This document shows positions 48,991 to 64,000 of a stretch of DNA of 64,000 bases, one piece after another. The stretch is from Antedon mediterranea (lineage: Eukaryota; Animalia; Echinodermata). Position 1 is the first letter of the stretch, and the number at the start of each line of letters is the position of its first letter. The position numbers and the translations under genes are program-made. The stretch spans positions 17,187,237 through 17,251,236 of the forward strand of contig NC_092672.1 in the NCBI RefSeq assembly GCF_964355755.1, written 5' to 3'. Below the pieces are notes generated by a model, which ran no database searches, had not been told where the DNA came from, and saw only the letters and a program-made list of their open reading frames with translations.

Positions 48991-51900
48991 ATAGTCTATT
49001 TATATGAAATGAATGATCAATAAATGAAAAATAATGCCATGCAACTTTGTTTCTGATTTTAAAAAAGGTTCATTTGTTTAGGCCTGATATTTACAAGCCT
49101 CAAAATATCTCACTTTCAAAAACAATATTTATTTTCAATTAAAAAAAAAAGAAAAGAAATATCCCTAGAGGTTCGAACCCACTACTGTGACCACTCAAAC
49201 TTGAGCATTACCCGTTACGCCTCAAAACAGTTGATGACTGAAGAGCTGATAATACTCTATTTATATGAAATAAATAATAAATCAATGAAAAATAATGCCA
49301 TGCAACTTTGTTTCTGATTTTAAAAAAGGTTCACTTGTTTAGGCCTGACATTTACAACCCTCAAAATATCTCACTTTCAAAAACAATATTTATTTTAAAT
49401 AAAAAAAAAATAGAAACAAAATATCCGTAGAGGTTCGAACCCACTAGTGAGAGCACTCAAACTTGAGCATTACCCGTTACGCCACAAACCAGTAGATGAC
49501 TGAAGAGCTGATAATAGTCTATTTATATGAAATGAATGATCAATCAATAAAAAATAATGCAATGCAACTTTGTTTCTGATTTTAAAAAAGATCCATTTGT
49601 TTAGGCCTGACATTCACAACCCTAAAAAATATCTAATTTTCAAAAAAAATATTTATTTTCAATAAGAAAAAAAAAGCAATATCCCTAAAGGTTGGAACCC
49701 GCTACTTTGAGCACTCAAACTTGGGTATTACCCGTTATGCCACAAACCTGTAGATAACTGAAGAGCTGATAATAGTCTATTTATATGAAATTAATGATCA
49801 ATCAATGAAAAATAATGCCATGCAACTTTGTTTCTGATTTTAAAAAAGGTTCATTTGTTTAGGCCTGACATTTACAACCCTCAAAATATCTCACTTTCAA
49901 AAAAAATATTTATTTTCAATTAAAAAAAAAAGAAAAGAAATATCCTTAGAGGTTTGAACCCACTACTGCGAGCACTCAAACTTGAGCATTACCCGTTACG
50001 CCTCAAACCAGTTGATGACTGAGTAGCTGATAATACTCTATTTATATGAAATGAATGATCAATAAATGAAAAATAATGCCATGCAACTTTGTTTCTGATT
50101 GAAAAAAATGTTCACTTGTTTAGGCATGACATTTACAACCCTCAAAATATCTCACTTTCAAAAACAATATTTATTTTAAATAAAAAAAAAATAGAAACAA
50201 AATATCCGTAGAGATTCGAACCCACTAGTGAGAGCACTCAAACTTGAGCATTACCCGTTACGCCACAAACCAGTAGATGACTGAAGAGCTGATAATAGTC
50301 TATTTATATGAAATGAATGATCAATCAATAAAAAATAATGCAATGCAACTTTGTTTCTGATTTTAAAAAAGATCCATTTGTTTAGGCCTGACATTCACAA
50401 CCCTAAAAAATATCTCAATTTCCCACAAAATATTTATTTTCAATAACAAAAAAAAAGCAATATCCCTAGAGGTTGGAACCCGCTACTGAGAGCACTCAAA
50501 CCTGGGTATTACCCGTTACGCCACAAACCAGTAGATAACTGAAGAGCTGATAATAGTCTATTTATATGAAATTAATGATCAATCAATGAAAAATAATGCC
50601 ATGCAACTTTGTTTCTGATTTTAAAAAAGGTTCATTTGTTTAGGCCTGACATTTACAACCCTCAAAATATCTCACTTTCAAAAAAAATATTTATTTTCAA
50701 TTAAAAAAAAAAGAAAAGAAATATCCCTAGAGGTTCGAACCCACTACTGCGAGCACTCAAACTTGTGCATTACCCGTTACGCCTCAAACCAGTAGATGAC
50801 TGAAGAGCTGATAATACTCTATTTATATGAAATAAATAATAAATCAATGAAAAATAATGCCATGCAACTTTGTTTCTTATTTTAAAAAAGGTTCACTTGT
50901 TTAGGCCTGACATTTACAACCTCAAAATATCTCACTTTCAAAAACTATATTATTTTCAATTAAAAAAAAAAGAAACAAAATATCCGTAGAGGTTCGAACA
51001 CACTAGTGAGAGCACTCACACTTGAGCATTACCCGTTACGCCACAAACCAGTAGATGACTGAAGAGCTGATAATACTCTATTTATATGAAATAAATAATA
51101 AATCAATGAAAAATAATGCCATGCAACTTTGTTTCTGATTTTAAAATAGGTCCACTTGTTTAGGCCTGATATTTACAACCCTCAAAATATCTCACTTTCA
51201 AAAACAATATTTATTTTCAATTTAAAAAAAAAAATCCCTAGAGGTTCGAACCCACTACTGAGAGCACTCAAACCTGAGCATTATCCATTACGCCACAAAC
51301 CAGTAGATGACTGAGGAGCTGATAATAGTCTATTTATATGAAATGAATGATCAATGAATGAAAAATAATGCAATGCAACTTTGTTCCTGATTTTAAAAAA
51401 TGTCCACTTGTTCAGGCCTGACATTTACAACCCTCAAAATATCTCACTTTTAAAAAACCATATTTATTTTCAATTTAAAAAAAAAGAAAAAAAATATCCC
51501 TAGAGGTTCGACCCACTACTCAGAGCACTCAAACCTGAGCATTACCCGTTACGCCACAAACCAGCAGATGACTGAAGAGCTCATAATAGTTTATTTATAT
51601 GAAATGAATGATCAATCAATGAAAAATAATGCCATGCAACTTTGTTTCTGATTCTAAAAAAGATCCATTTGTTTAGGCCTGACATTCACAACCCTTAAAA
51701 ATATCTCATTTTCAAAAAAAATATTTATTTTCAATAAGAAAAAAAAAAGCAATATCCCTAGAGGTTGGAACCCGCTACTTTGAGCACTCAAACCTGGGTA
51801 TTACCCATTACGCCACAAACCAGTAGATAACTAAAGAGCTGATAATAGTCTATTTATATGAAATTAATGATCAATCAATGAAAAATAATGCCATGCAACT

Positions 51901-54900
51901 TTGTTTCTGATTTTAAAAAAAGTTCATTTGTTTAGGCCTGACATTTACAACCCTCAAAATATCTCACTTTCAAAAACAATATTTATGTTCAATTAAAAAA
52001 AAAAAGAAAAAAATATTCGTAGAGGTTCGAACCCACTAGTGAGAGCACTCGAACTTGAGCATTACCCGTTACGCCACAAACCAGTAGATGACTGAAGAGC
52101 TGATAATACTCTATTTATATGAAATAAATAATAAATCAATGAAAAATAATGCCATGCAACTTTGTTTCTTATTTTAAAAAAGGTTCACTTGTTTAGGCCT
52201 GACATTTACAACCTCAAAATATCTCACTTTCAAAAACAATATTATTTTCAATTAAAAAAAAAAGAAACAAAATATCCGTAGAGGTTCGAACACACTAGTG
52301 AGAGCACTCACACTTGAGCATTACCCGTTACGCCACAAACCAGTAGATGACTGAAGAGCTGATAATACTCTATTTTTATGAAATAAATAATAAATCAATG
52401 AAAAATAATGCCATGCAACTTTGTTTCTGATTTTAAAATAGGTCCACTTGTTTAGGCCTGATATTTACAACCCTCAAAATATCTCACTTTCAAAAACAAT
52501 ATTTATTTTCAATTTAAAAAAAAAAATCCCTAGAGGTTCGAACCCACTACTGAGAGCACTCAAACCTGAGCATTATCCATTACGCCACAAACCAGTAGAT
52601 GACTGAGGAGCTGATAATAGTCTATTTATATGAAATGAATGATCAATGAATGAAAAATAATGCAATGCAACTTTGTTCCTGATTTTAAAAAATGTCCACT
52701 TGTTCAGGCCTGACATTTACAACCCTCAAAATATCTCACTTTTAAAAAACCATATTTATTTTCAATTTAAAAAAAAAAGAAAAAAAATATCCCTAGAGGT
52801 TCGACCCACTACTCAGAGCACTCAAACCTGAGCATTACCCGTTACGCCACAAACCAGTAGATGACTGAAGAGCTCATAATAGTTTATTTATATGAAATGA
52901 ATGATCAATCAATGAAAAATAATGCCATGCAACTTTGTTTCTGATTCTAAAAAAGATCCATTTGTTTAGGCCTGACATTCACAACCCTTAAAAATATCTC
53001 ATTTTCAAAAAAAATATTTATTTTCAATAAGAAAAAAAAAAGCAATATCCCTAGAGGTTGGAACCCGCTACTTTGAGCACTCAAACCTGGGTATTACCCA
53101 TTACGCCACAAACCAGTAGATAACTAAAGAGCTGATAATAGTCTATTTATATGAAATTAATGATCAATCAATGAAAAATAATGCCATGCAACTTTGTTTC
53201 TGATTTTAAAAAAAGTTCATTTGTTTAGGCCTGACATTTACAACCCTCAAAATATCTCACTTTCAAAAACAATATTTATGTTCAATTAAAAAAAAAAAGA
53301 AAAAAATATTCGTAGAGGTTCGAACCCACTAGTGAGAGCACTCGAACTTAAGCATTACCCGTTACGCCACAAACCAGTAGATGACTGGAGAGCTGATAAT
53401 ACTCTATTTATATGAAATAAATAATAAATCAATGAAAAATAATGCCATGCAACTTTTTTTCTGCTTTAAAAAAAGGTTCACTTGTTTAGGCCTGATATTT
53501 ACAACCCTCAAAATATCTCACTTTCAAAAACAATATTTATTTTCAATTTAAAAAAAAAATCCCTAGAGGTTCGAACCCACTACTGAGAGCACTCAAACCT
53601 GAGCATTATCCGTTACGCCACAAACCAGTAGATGACTGAGGAGCTGATAATAGTCTATTTATATGAAATGAATGATCAATCAATGAAAAAAAATGCCATG
53701 CAACTTTGTTTCTGATTTTAAAAAAGGTTCATTTGTTTAGGCCTGACATTTACAACCCTCAAAATATCTCACTTTCAAAAAAAATATTTATGTTCAATTA
53801 AAAAAAAAAGAAAAAAATATTCGTAGAGGTTCGAACCCACTAGTGAGAGCACTCAAACTTGAGCATTACCTGTTACGCCACAAACCAGTAGATGACTGAA
53901 GAGCTGATAATACTCTATTTATATGAAATAAATAATAAATCAATGAAAAATAATGCCATGCAACTTTTTTTCTGCATTAAAAAAAGGTTCACTTGTTTAG
54001 GCCTGATATTTACAACCCTCAAAATATCTCACTTTCAAAAACAATATTTATTTTCAATTTAAAAAAAAAATTCCTAGAGGTTCGAACCCACTACTGAGAG
54101 CACTCAAACCTGAGCATTATCCGTTACGCCACAAACCAGTAGATGACTGAGGAGCTGATAATAGTCTATTTATATGAAATGAATGATCAATCCATGAAAA
54201 ATAATGCCATGCAACTTTGTTTCTGATTTTAAAAAAGGTTCATTTGTTTAGGCCTGACATTTACAACCCTCAAAATATCTCACTTTCAAAAAAAATATTT
54301 ATTTTCAATGAAAAAAAAAAAAAGAAATATCCCTAGAGGTTCGAACCCACTACTGCGAGCACTCAAACTTGATCATTATCCGTTACGCCACAAACCAGTA
54401 GATGACTGAGTAGCTGATAATAGTCTATTTATATGAAATGAATGATCAATCAATGAAAAATAATGCCATGCAACTTTTTTTCTGATTTAAAAAAATGTCC
54501 ACTTGTTTAGGCCTGACATTTACAACCATCAAAATATCTCACTTTTAAAAAAACATATTTATTTTCAATTTTAAAAAAAAAGAAAAAAAAATATCCCTGT
54601 AGGTTCGACCCACTACTCAGAGCACTCAAACCTGAGCATTACCCGTTACGCCACAAACCAGTAGATGACTGAAGAGCTGATAATAGTCTATTTATATGAA
54701 ATGAATGATCAATCAATGAAAAATAATGCCATGCAACTTTGTTTTTGATTTTAAAAAAGATCCATTTGTTTAGGCCTGACATTCACAACCCTAAAAAATA
54801 TCTCATTTTTAAAAAAAATATTTATTTTCAATAAGAAAAAAAAAGAAAAAAATATTCGTAGAGGTTCGAACCCACTAGTGAGAGCACTCAAACTTGAGCA

Positions 54901-57900
54901 TTACCCGTTACGCCACAAACCAGTAGATGACTGAAGAGCTGATAATACTCTATTTATATGAAATAAATAATAAATCAATGAAAAATAATGCCATGCAACT
55001 TTTTTTCTGCATTAAAAAAAGGTTCACTTGTTTAGGCCTGATATTTACAACCCTCAAAATATCTCACTTTCAAAAACAATATTTATTTTCAATTTAAAAA
55101 AAAAATTCCTAGAGGTTCGAACCCACTACTGAGAGCACTCAAACCTGAGCATTATCCGTTACGCCACAAACCAGTAGATGACTGTGGAGCTGATAATAGT
55201 CTATTTATATGAAATGAATGATCAATCAATGAAAAATAATGCCATGCAACTTTGTTTCTGATTTTAAAAAAGGTTCATTTGTTTAGGCCTGACATTTACA
55301 ACCCTCAAAATATCTCACTTTCAAAAAAAATATTTATTTTCAATGAAAAAAAAAAAAAAAGAAATATCCCTAGAGGTTCGAACCCACTACTGCGAGCGCT
55401 CAAACTTGATCATTATCCGTTACGCCACAAACCAGTAGATGACTGAGTAGCTTATAATAGTCTATTTATATGAAATGAATGATCAATCAATGAAAAATAA
55501 TGCCATGCAACTTTGTTTCTGATTTAAAAAAATGTCCACTTGTTTAGGCCTGACATTTACAACCCTCAAAATATCTCACTTTTAAAAAAACATATTTATT
55601 TTCAATTTAAAAAAAAAAGAAAAAAAAATATCCCTGGAGGTTCGACCCACTACTCAGAGCACTCAAACCTGAGCATTACCCGTTACGCCACAAACCAGTA
55701 GATGACTGAAGAGCTGATAATAGTCTATTTATATGAAATGAATGATCAATCAATGAAAAATAATGCCATGCAACTTTGTTTTTGATTTTAAAAAAGATCC
55801 ATTTGTTTAGGCCTGACATTCACAACCCTAAAAAATATCTCATTTTCAAAAAAAATATTTATTTTCAATAAGAAAAAAGAAGCAATATACCTAGAGGTTG
55901 GAACCCGCTACTGAGAGCACTCAAACCTGGGTATTACCCGTTACGCCACAAACCAGTAGATAACTGAAGAGCTGATAATAGTCTATTTATATGAAATGAA
56001 TGATCAATCAATAAAAAATAATGCCATGCAACTTTGTTTCTGATTTTTAAAAAGATCCATTTGTTTAGGCCTGACATTCACAACCCTAAAAAATATCTCA
56101 TTTTCAAAAAAAATATTTATTTTCAATTAACAAAAAAAAGAAAAGAAATATCCCTAGAGGTTCGAACCCACTACTGCGAGCACTCAAACTTGAGCATTAT
56201 CCGTTACGCCACAAACCAGTAGATCACTGAGTAGCTGATAATAGTCTATTTATATGAAATGAATGATCAATCAATGAAAAATAATGCCATGCAACTTTGT
56301 TTCTGGTTTTAAAAAAGGTCCACTTGTTTAGGCCTGACATTTACAACCCTCAAAATATCTCACTTTCAAAAACCATATTTATTTTCAATTTAAAAAAAAA
56401 AGAAAAAAAATATCCCTAAAGGTTCGACCCACTACTCAGAGCACTCAAACCTGAGCATTACCCGTTACGCCACAAACCAGTAGATGACAGAAGAGCTGAT
56501 AATAGTCTATTTATATGAAATGAATGATCAATCAATGAAAAATAATGCCATGCAACTTTGTTTCTGATTTTAAAAAAGATCCATTTGTTTAGGCCTGACA
56601 TTCACAAACCTAAAAAATATCTCATTTTCAAAAAAAAATATTTATTTTCAAAAAGAAAAAAAAAGCAATATCCCTAGATGTTGGAACCCGCTACTGAGAG
56701 CACTTAAACCTGGGTATTACCCGTTACGCCACAAACCAGTATATCACTGAAGAGCTGATAATAGTCTATTTATATGAAATTAATGATCAATCAATGAAAA
56801 ATAATGCCATGCAACTTTGTTTCTGATTTTAAAAAAAGGTTCATTTGTTTAGGCCTGACATTTACAACCCTCAAAATATCTCACTTTCAAAAAAAATATT
56901 TCTTTTCAATTAACAAAAAAAAGAAAAGAAATATCCCTAGAGGTTCGAACCCACTACTGCGAGCACTCAAACTTGAGCATTATCCGTTACGCCACAAACC
57001 AGTAGATGACTGAGTAGCTGATAGTAGTCTATTTATATTTAATAAATGATCAATCAATGAAAAATAATGCCATGCAACTTTGTTTCTGATTTTTAAAAAT
57101 GTCCACTTGTTTAGGCCTGACATTTACAACCCTCAAAATATCTCACTTTTAAAAAACCATATTTTTTTCAATTTAAAAAAAAAAAAAAAAAAATATCCCT
57201 AGAGGTTCGACCCACTACTCAGAGCACTCAAACCTGAGCATTACCCGTTACGCCACAAACCAGTAGATGACTGAAGAGCTGATAATAGTCTATTTATATG
57301 AAATGAATGATCAATCAATGAAAAATAATGCCATGCAACTTTGTTTCTGATTTTAAAAAAGATCCATTTGTTTAGGCCTGACATTCACAACCCTAAAAAA
57401 TATATCATTTTCAAAAAAAATATTTATTTTCAATAAGAAAAAAAAAGCAATATACCTAGAGTTTGGAACCCGCTACTGAGAGCACTCAAACCTGGGTATT
57501 ACCCGTTACGCCACAAACCAGTAGATAACTGAAGAGCTGATAATAGTCTATTTATATGAAATTAATGATCAATCAATGAAAAATAATGCCATGCAACTTT
57601 GTTTCTGATTTTAAAAAAAGGTTCATTTGTTTAGGCCTGACATTTACAACCCTCAAAATATCTCACTTTCAAAAAAAATATTTATTTTCAATTGAAAAAA
57701 AAAAGAAAAGAAATATCCCTAGAGGTTCGAACCCACTACTGCGAGCACTCAAACTTGATCATTATCCGTTACGCCACAAACCAGTAGATGACTGAGTAGC
57801 TGATAATAGTCTATTTATATGAAATGAATGATCAATCAATGAAAAATAATGCCATGCAACTTTGTTTCTGATTTAAAAAAATGTCCACTTGTTTAGGCCT

Positions 57901-60900
57901 GACATTTACAACCTTCAAAATATCTCACTTTTAAAAAAACATATTTATTTTCAATTTAAAAAAAAAGAAAAAAAAATAACCCTGCAGGTTCGACCCACTA
58001 CTCAGAGCACTCAAACCTGAGCATTACCCGTTACGCCACAAACCAGTAGATGACTGAAGAGCTGATAATAGTCTATTTATATGAAATGAATGATCAATCA
58101 ATGAAAAATAATGCCATGCAACTTTGTTTCTGATCTTAAAAAAGATCCATTTGTTTAGGCCTGACATTCACAACCCTAAAAAATATCTCATTTTCAAAAA
58201 AAATATTTATTTTCAATAAGAAAAAAAAAGCAATATACCTAGAGGTTGGAACCCGCTACTGAGAGCACTCAAACCTGGGTATTACCCGTTACGCCACAAA
58301 CCAGTAGATAACTGAAGAGCTGATAATAGTCTATTTATATGAAATTAATGATCAATCAATGAAAAATAATGCCATGCAACTTTGTTTCTGATTTTAAAAA
58401 AAGGTTCATTTGTTTAGCCCTGACATTTACAACCCTCAAAATATCTCACTTTCAAAAAAAATATTTATTTTCAATTGAAAAAAAAAAAGAAAAGAAATAT
58501 CCCTAGAGGTTCGAACCCACTACTGCGAGCACTCAAACTTGAACATTACCCGTTACGCCTCAAACCAGTAGATGACTGAGTAGCTGATAATACTCTATTT
58601 ATATGAAATTAATAATAAATCAATGAAAAATAATGCCATGCAACTTTGTTTCTGATTTTAAAAAAGGTTCACTTGTTTAGGCCTGACATTTACAACCCTC
58701 AAAATATCTCACTTTCAAAAACAATATTTATTTTAAATAAAATAAAAAAAAGAAACAAAATATCCTTAGAGGTTCGAACCCACTACTGCGAGCACTCAAA
58801 CTTGATCATTACCCGTTACGCCACAAACCAGTAGATGACTGAGGAGCTGATAATAGTCTATATATATGAAATAAATGATCAATCAATGAAAAATAATGCC
58901 ATGCAACTTTGTTTCTGATTGAAAAAAATGTTCACTTGTTTAGGCCTGACATTTTACAACCCTCAAAATATCTCACTTTCAAAAACAATATTTATTTTCA
59001 AAAAAAAAAAAAATATCCTTACAGGTTGGAACCCGCTACTGAGAGCACTCAAACCTGGGTTTTACCCGTTACGCCAAAAACCAGTAGATAACTGAAGATC
59101 TGATAATAGTATATTTATATGAAATTAATGATCAATCAATGAAAAATAATGCCATGCAACTTTGTTTCTGATTTTAAAAAAGGTTCACTTGTTTAGGCCT
59201 GACATTTACAACCCTCAAAATATCTCACTTTCAAAAACAATATTATTTTCAATAAAAAAAAAAAAAAAAAATATCCGTAGAGGTTCGAACCCACTAGTGA
59301 GAGCACTCAAACTTGTGCATTACCCGTTACGCCACAAACCAGTAGATGACTGAAGAGCTGATAATACTCTATTTATATGAAATAAATAATAAATCAATGA
59401 AAAATAATGCCATGCAACTTTGTTTCTGATTTTAAAAAAGGTTCATTTGTTTAGGCCTGACATTTACAAGCCTCAAAATATCTCACTTTCAAAAACAATA
59501 TTTATTTTCAAATAAAAAAAATATCCTTACAGGTTGGAACCCGCTACTGAGAGAACTCAAACCTGGGTATTACCCGTCACGCCACAAACCAGTAGATAAC
59601 TGAAGATCTGATAATAGTCTAATTATATGAAATTAATGATCAATCAATGAAAAATAATGCCATGCAACTTTGTTTCTGATTTTAAAAAGGGTTCACTTGT
59701 TTGGGCCTGACATTTACAACCCTCAAAATATCTCACTTTCAAAAACTATATTATTTTCAATAAAAAAAAAAAAGAAACAAAAAATCCGTAGAGGTTCAAA
59801 CCCACTAGTGAAAGCACTCAAACTTGAGCATTACCCGTTACGCCACAAAGCAGTAGATGACTGAAGAGCTGATAATACTCTATTTATATGAAATAAATAA
59901 TAAATCAATGAAAAATAATGCCATGCAACTTTGTTTCTGATTTAAAAAAAAAGGTTCATTTGTTTAGGCCTGACATTTACAACCCTCAAAATATCTCATT
60001 TTCAAAAAAAATATTTATTTTCAATTAACAAAAAAAAGAAAAGAAATATCCCTAGAGGTTCGAACCCACTAGTGCGAGCACTCAAACTTGAGCATTATCC
60101 GTTACGCCACAAACCAGTAGATCACTGAGTAGCTGATAATAGTCTATTTATATGAAATGAATGATCAATCAATGAAAAATAATGCTATGCAACTTTGTTT
60201 CTGATTTTAAAAAATGTCCACTTGTTTAGGCCTGACATTTACAACCCTCAAAATATCTCACTTTTAAAAAACCATATTTATTTTCAATTTAAAAAAAAAA
60301 AAAAAAAAATATCCCTAAAGGTTCGACCCACTACTCAGAGCACTCAAACCTGAGCATTACCCGTTACGCCACAAACCAGTAGATGACTGAAGAGCTGATA
60401 ATAGTCTATTTATAATAAATGAATGATCAATCAATGAAAAATAATGCCATGCAACTTTGTTTCTGATTTTAAAAAATGTCCACTTGTTTAGGCCTAACAT
60501 TTACAACCTTCAAAATATCTCACTTTTTAAAAACCATATTTATTTTCAATTTTAAAAAAAAATTAAAAAAAATATCCCTAAAGGTTCGACCCACTACTCA
60601 GAGCACTCAAACCTGAGCATTACCCGTTACGCCACAAACCAGTAGATGACTGAAGAGCTGATAATAGTCTATTTATATGAAATGAATGATCAATCAATGA
60701 AAAATAATGCCATGCAACTTTGTTTCTGATTTTAAAAAAGATCCATTTGTTTAGGCCTGACATTCACAACCCTAAAAAATATCTCATTTTCAAAAAAAAT
60801 ATTTATTTTCAATAAGCAAAAAAAAGAGGTTGGAACCCGCTACAGAGAGCACTCAAACCTGGGTATTACCCGTTACACGCCACAAACTAGTAGATAACTG

Positions 60901-63900
60901 AAGAGCTGATAATAGTCTATTTATATGAAATTAATGATCAATCAATGAAAAAGAATGCCATGCAACTTTGTTTCTGATTTTAAAAAAGGTTCATTTGTTT
61001 AGGCCTGACATTTACAACCCTCAAAATATCTCACTTTCAAAAAAAATATTTATTTTCAATTAAAAAAAAAAGAAAAGAAATATCCCTAGAGGTTCGAACC
61101 CACTACTGCGAGCACTCAAACTTGAGCATTACCCGTTACGCCTCAAACCAGTAGATGACTGAAGAGCTGATAATACTCTATTTATATGAAATGAATAATA
61201 AATCAATGAAAAATAATGCCATGCAACTTTGTTTCTGATTTTAAAAAAGGTCCACTTGTTTAGGCCTGACATTTTCAACCCTCAAAATATCTCACTTTCA
61301 AAAACCATATTTATTTTCAATTTAAAAAAAAAAGAAAAAAAATATCCCTAAAGGTTCGACCCACAACTCAGAGCACTCAAACCTGAGCATTACCCGTTAC
61401 GCCACAAACCAGTAGATGACAGAAGAGCTGATAATAGTCTATTTATATGAAAAGAATGATCAATCAATGAAAAATAATGCCATGCAACTTTGTTTTGATT
61501 TAAAAAAAGATCCATTTGTTTAGGCCTGACATTCACAACCCTAAAAAATATCTCATTTTCAAAAAAAAATATTTATTTTCAATAAGAAAAAAAAAAGCAA
61601 TATCCCTAGATGTTGGAACCCGCTACTGAGAGCACTCAAACCTGGGTATTACCCGTTACGCCACAAACCAGTAGATAACTGAAGAGCTGATAATAGTCTA
61701 TTTATATGAAATTAATGATCAATCAATGAAAAATAATGCCATGCAACTTTGTTTCTGATTTTAAAAAAGGTTCATTTGTTTAGGCCTGACAATTACAACC
61801 CTCAAAATATCTCACTTTCAAAAAAAATATTTATTTTCAATTAACAAAAAAAAGAAAAGAAATATCCCTAGAGGTTCGAAACCACTACTGCGAGCACTAA
61901 AACTTGAGCATTATCCGTTATGCCACAAACCAGTAGATGACTGAGTAGCTGATAGTAGTCTATTTATATGAAATGAATGATCAATCAATGAAAAATAATG
62001 CCATGCAACTTTGTTTCTGATTTTAAAAAAAGGTTCATTTGTTTAGGCCTGACATTTACAACCCTCAAAATATCTCACTTTCAAAAAAAAAAGAAAAGAA
62101 GTATCCCTAGAGGTTCGAACCCACTACTGCGAGCACTCAAACTTGAGCATTATCCGTTACGCCACAAACCAGTAGATGACTGAGTAGCTGATAATAGTCT
62201 ATTTATATGAAATGAATGATCAATCAATGAAAAATATTGCCATGCAACTTTGTTTCTGATTTTAAAAAATGTCCACTTGTTTAGGCCTGACATTTACAAC
62301 CCTCAAAATATCTCACTTTTAAAAAACCATATTTATTTTCAATTTAAAAAAAAAAGAAAAAAAATATCCCTGGTGGTTCGACCCACTACTCAGAGCACTC
62401 AAACCTGAGCATTACCCGTTACGCCACAAACCAGTAGATGACTGAAGAGCTGATAATAGTCTATTTATATGAAATGAATGATCAATCAATGAAAAATAAT
62501 GCCATGCAACTTTGTTTCTGATTTAAAAAAAGATCCATTTGTTTAGGCCTGACATTCACAACCCTAAAAAATATCTCATTTAAAAAAAAATATTTATTTT
62601 CAATAAGAAAAAAAAAAAATATACCTTGAGGTAGGAACCCGCTTCTGAGAGCACTCAAACCTGGGTATTACCCGTTACGCCACAAACCAGTAGATAACTG
62701 AAGAGCTGATAATAGTCTATTTATATGAAATTAATGATCAATCAATGAACAATAATGCCATGCAACTTTGTTTCTTATTTTAAAAAAAGGTTCATTTGTT
62801 TAGGTCTGACATTTACAACCCTCAAAATATCTCACTTTGAAAAAAAATATTTATTTTCAATTAAAAAAAAAAAGAAAAGAAATATCCCTAGAGGTACGAA
62901 CCCACTACTGCGAGAACTCAAACTTGAGCATTATTATAGTCTATGAATGAATGATCAATCAATAAAAAAAATAATGCCATGCAACTTTGTTTCTGATTTT
63001 AAAAAATGTCCACTTGTTTATGCCTGACATTTACAAACCTCAAAATATCTCTCTTTTAAAAAACATATTTTTTTTTCAATTTAAAAAAAAAGGAAAAAAA
63101 ATATCCCTAGAGGTTCGACCCACTACTCAGAGCACTCAAACCTGAGCATTACCCGTTACGCCACAAACTAGTAGATGACTGAAGAGCTGATAATAGTTTA
63201 TTTATATGAAATGAATGATCAATCAATGAAAAATAATGCCATGCAACTTTGTTTCTGATTCTAAAAAAGATCCATTTGTTTAGGCCTTACATTTACAAGC
63301 CTCAAAATATCTCACTTTCAAAAACAATATTATTTTCAAATAAAAAAAAATATCCTTACAGGTTGGAACCCGCTACTGAGAGAACTCAAACCTGGGTATT
63401 ACCCGTTACGCCACAAACCAGTAGATAACTGAAGATCTGATAATAGTCTATTTATATGAAATTAATGATCAATCAATGAAAAATAATGCCATGCAACTTT
63501 GTTTCTGATTTTAAAAAGGGTTCACTTGTTTGGGCCTGACATCTACAACCCTCAAAATATCTCACTTTCAAAAACTATATTATTTTCAATAAAAAAAAAA
63601 AAGAAACGAAAAATCCGTAGAGGTTCGAACCCACTAGTGAAAGCATTCAAACTTGAGCATTACCCGTTACGCCACAAACCAGTAGATGACTGAAGAGCTG
63701 ATAATACTCTATTTATATGAAATAAATAATAAATCAATGAAAAATAATGCCATGCAACTTTGTTTCTGATTTTTAAAAAAGGTTCATTTGTTTAGGCCTG
63801 ACATTTACAACCCTCAAAATATCTCATTTTCAAAAAAAATATTTATTTTCAATTAACAAAAAAAAGAAAAGAAATATCCCTAGAGGTTCGAACCCACTAC

Positions 63901-64000
63901 TACGAGCACTCAAACTTGAGCATTATCCGTTACGCCACAAACCAGTAGATCACTGAGTAGCTGATAATAGTCTATTTATATGAAATGAATGATCAATCAA
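48989..64000. repeat. ~260-bp satellite, ~58 monomers, continuing past the window end
   Basis: AATAATGCCATGCAACTTTGTTTCTGATTTT...TTTAGGCCTGAC...GAGGTTCGAACCCACTA...CCGTTACGCCACAAACCAGTAGATGACTG recurs with a ~260-bp period. Confidence 0.97.
49415..49491 (-). ncRNA. Representative tRNA-derived Pol III-type cassette of the 260-bp monomer (not a canonical tRNA)
   Basis: Minus strand: A box TGGCGTAACGG (49484-49474), D-stem GCGT/ATGC, B box GTTCGAACC (49440-49432), followed by T runs. Expression is not shown by the sequence. Confidence 0.5.

Noticed and set aside
48989-64000. Functional tRNA gene cluster, and the 60-69-aa ORFs in the array
   Set aside because: There are no paired acceptor or anticodon stems. 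The ORFs depend on variable poly-A lengths and change frame between monomers.

Overview
Eukaryotic (animal, probably invertebrate) repeat-dominated, heterochromatin-like window; nothing prokaryotic and no CRISPR. (1) 1-10772: a tandem macro-repeat (5149-bp full unit, 2119-bp internally deleted unit, truncated third unit). It carries a head-to-head gene pair that the ORF track misses: a spliced two-exon 102-aa IFITM/dispanin (CD225) gene on the minus strand, intact in two copies, and an intronless 524-aa orphan ORF on the plus strand, destroyed in the second copy. (2) 10771-13220: a fold-back structure of 88-bp repeats that marks a strand switch of a 19-bp GA-rich satellite. (3) About 21 kb of that satellite, hosting a young Gmr1-like Gypsy LTR element (PR-IN-RT-RH order, tRNA-Pro PBS) and a full-length but frameshifted CR1-type LINE. 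The Gypsy element is itself interrupted by a 2.16-kb non-coding element with RSS-like CAC...GTG ends. (4) 48989-64000: about 58 copies of a ~260-bp satellite whose monomers contain a tRNA-like A-box/B-box/oligo-T Pol III cassette. All counts and comparisons were made by eye.
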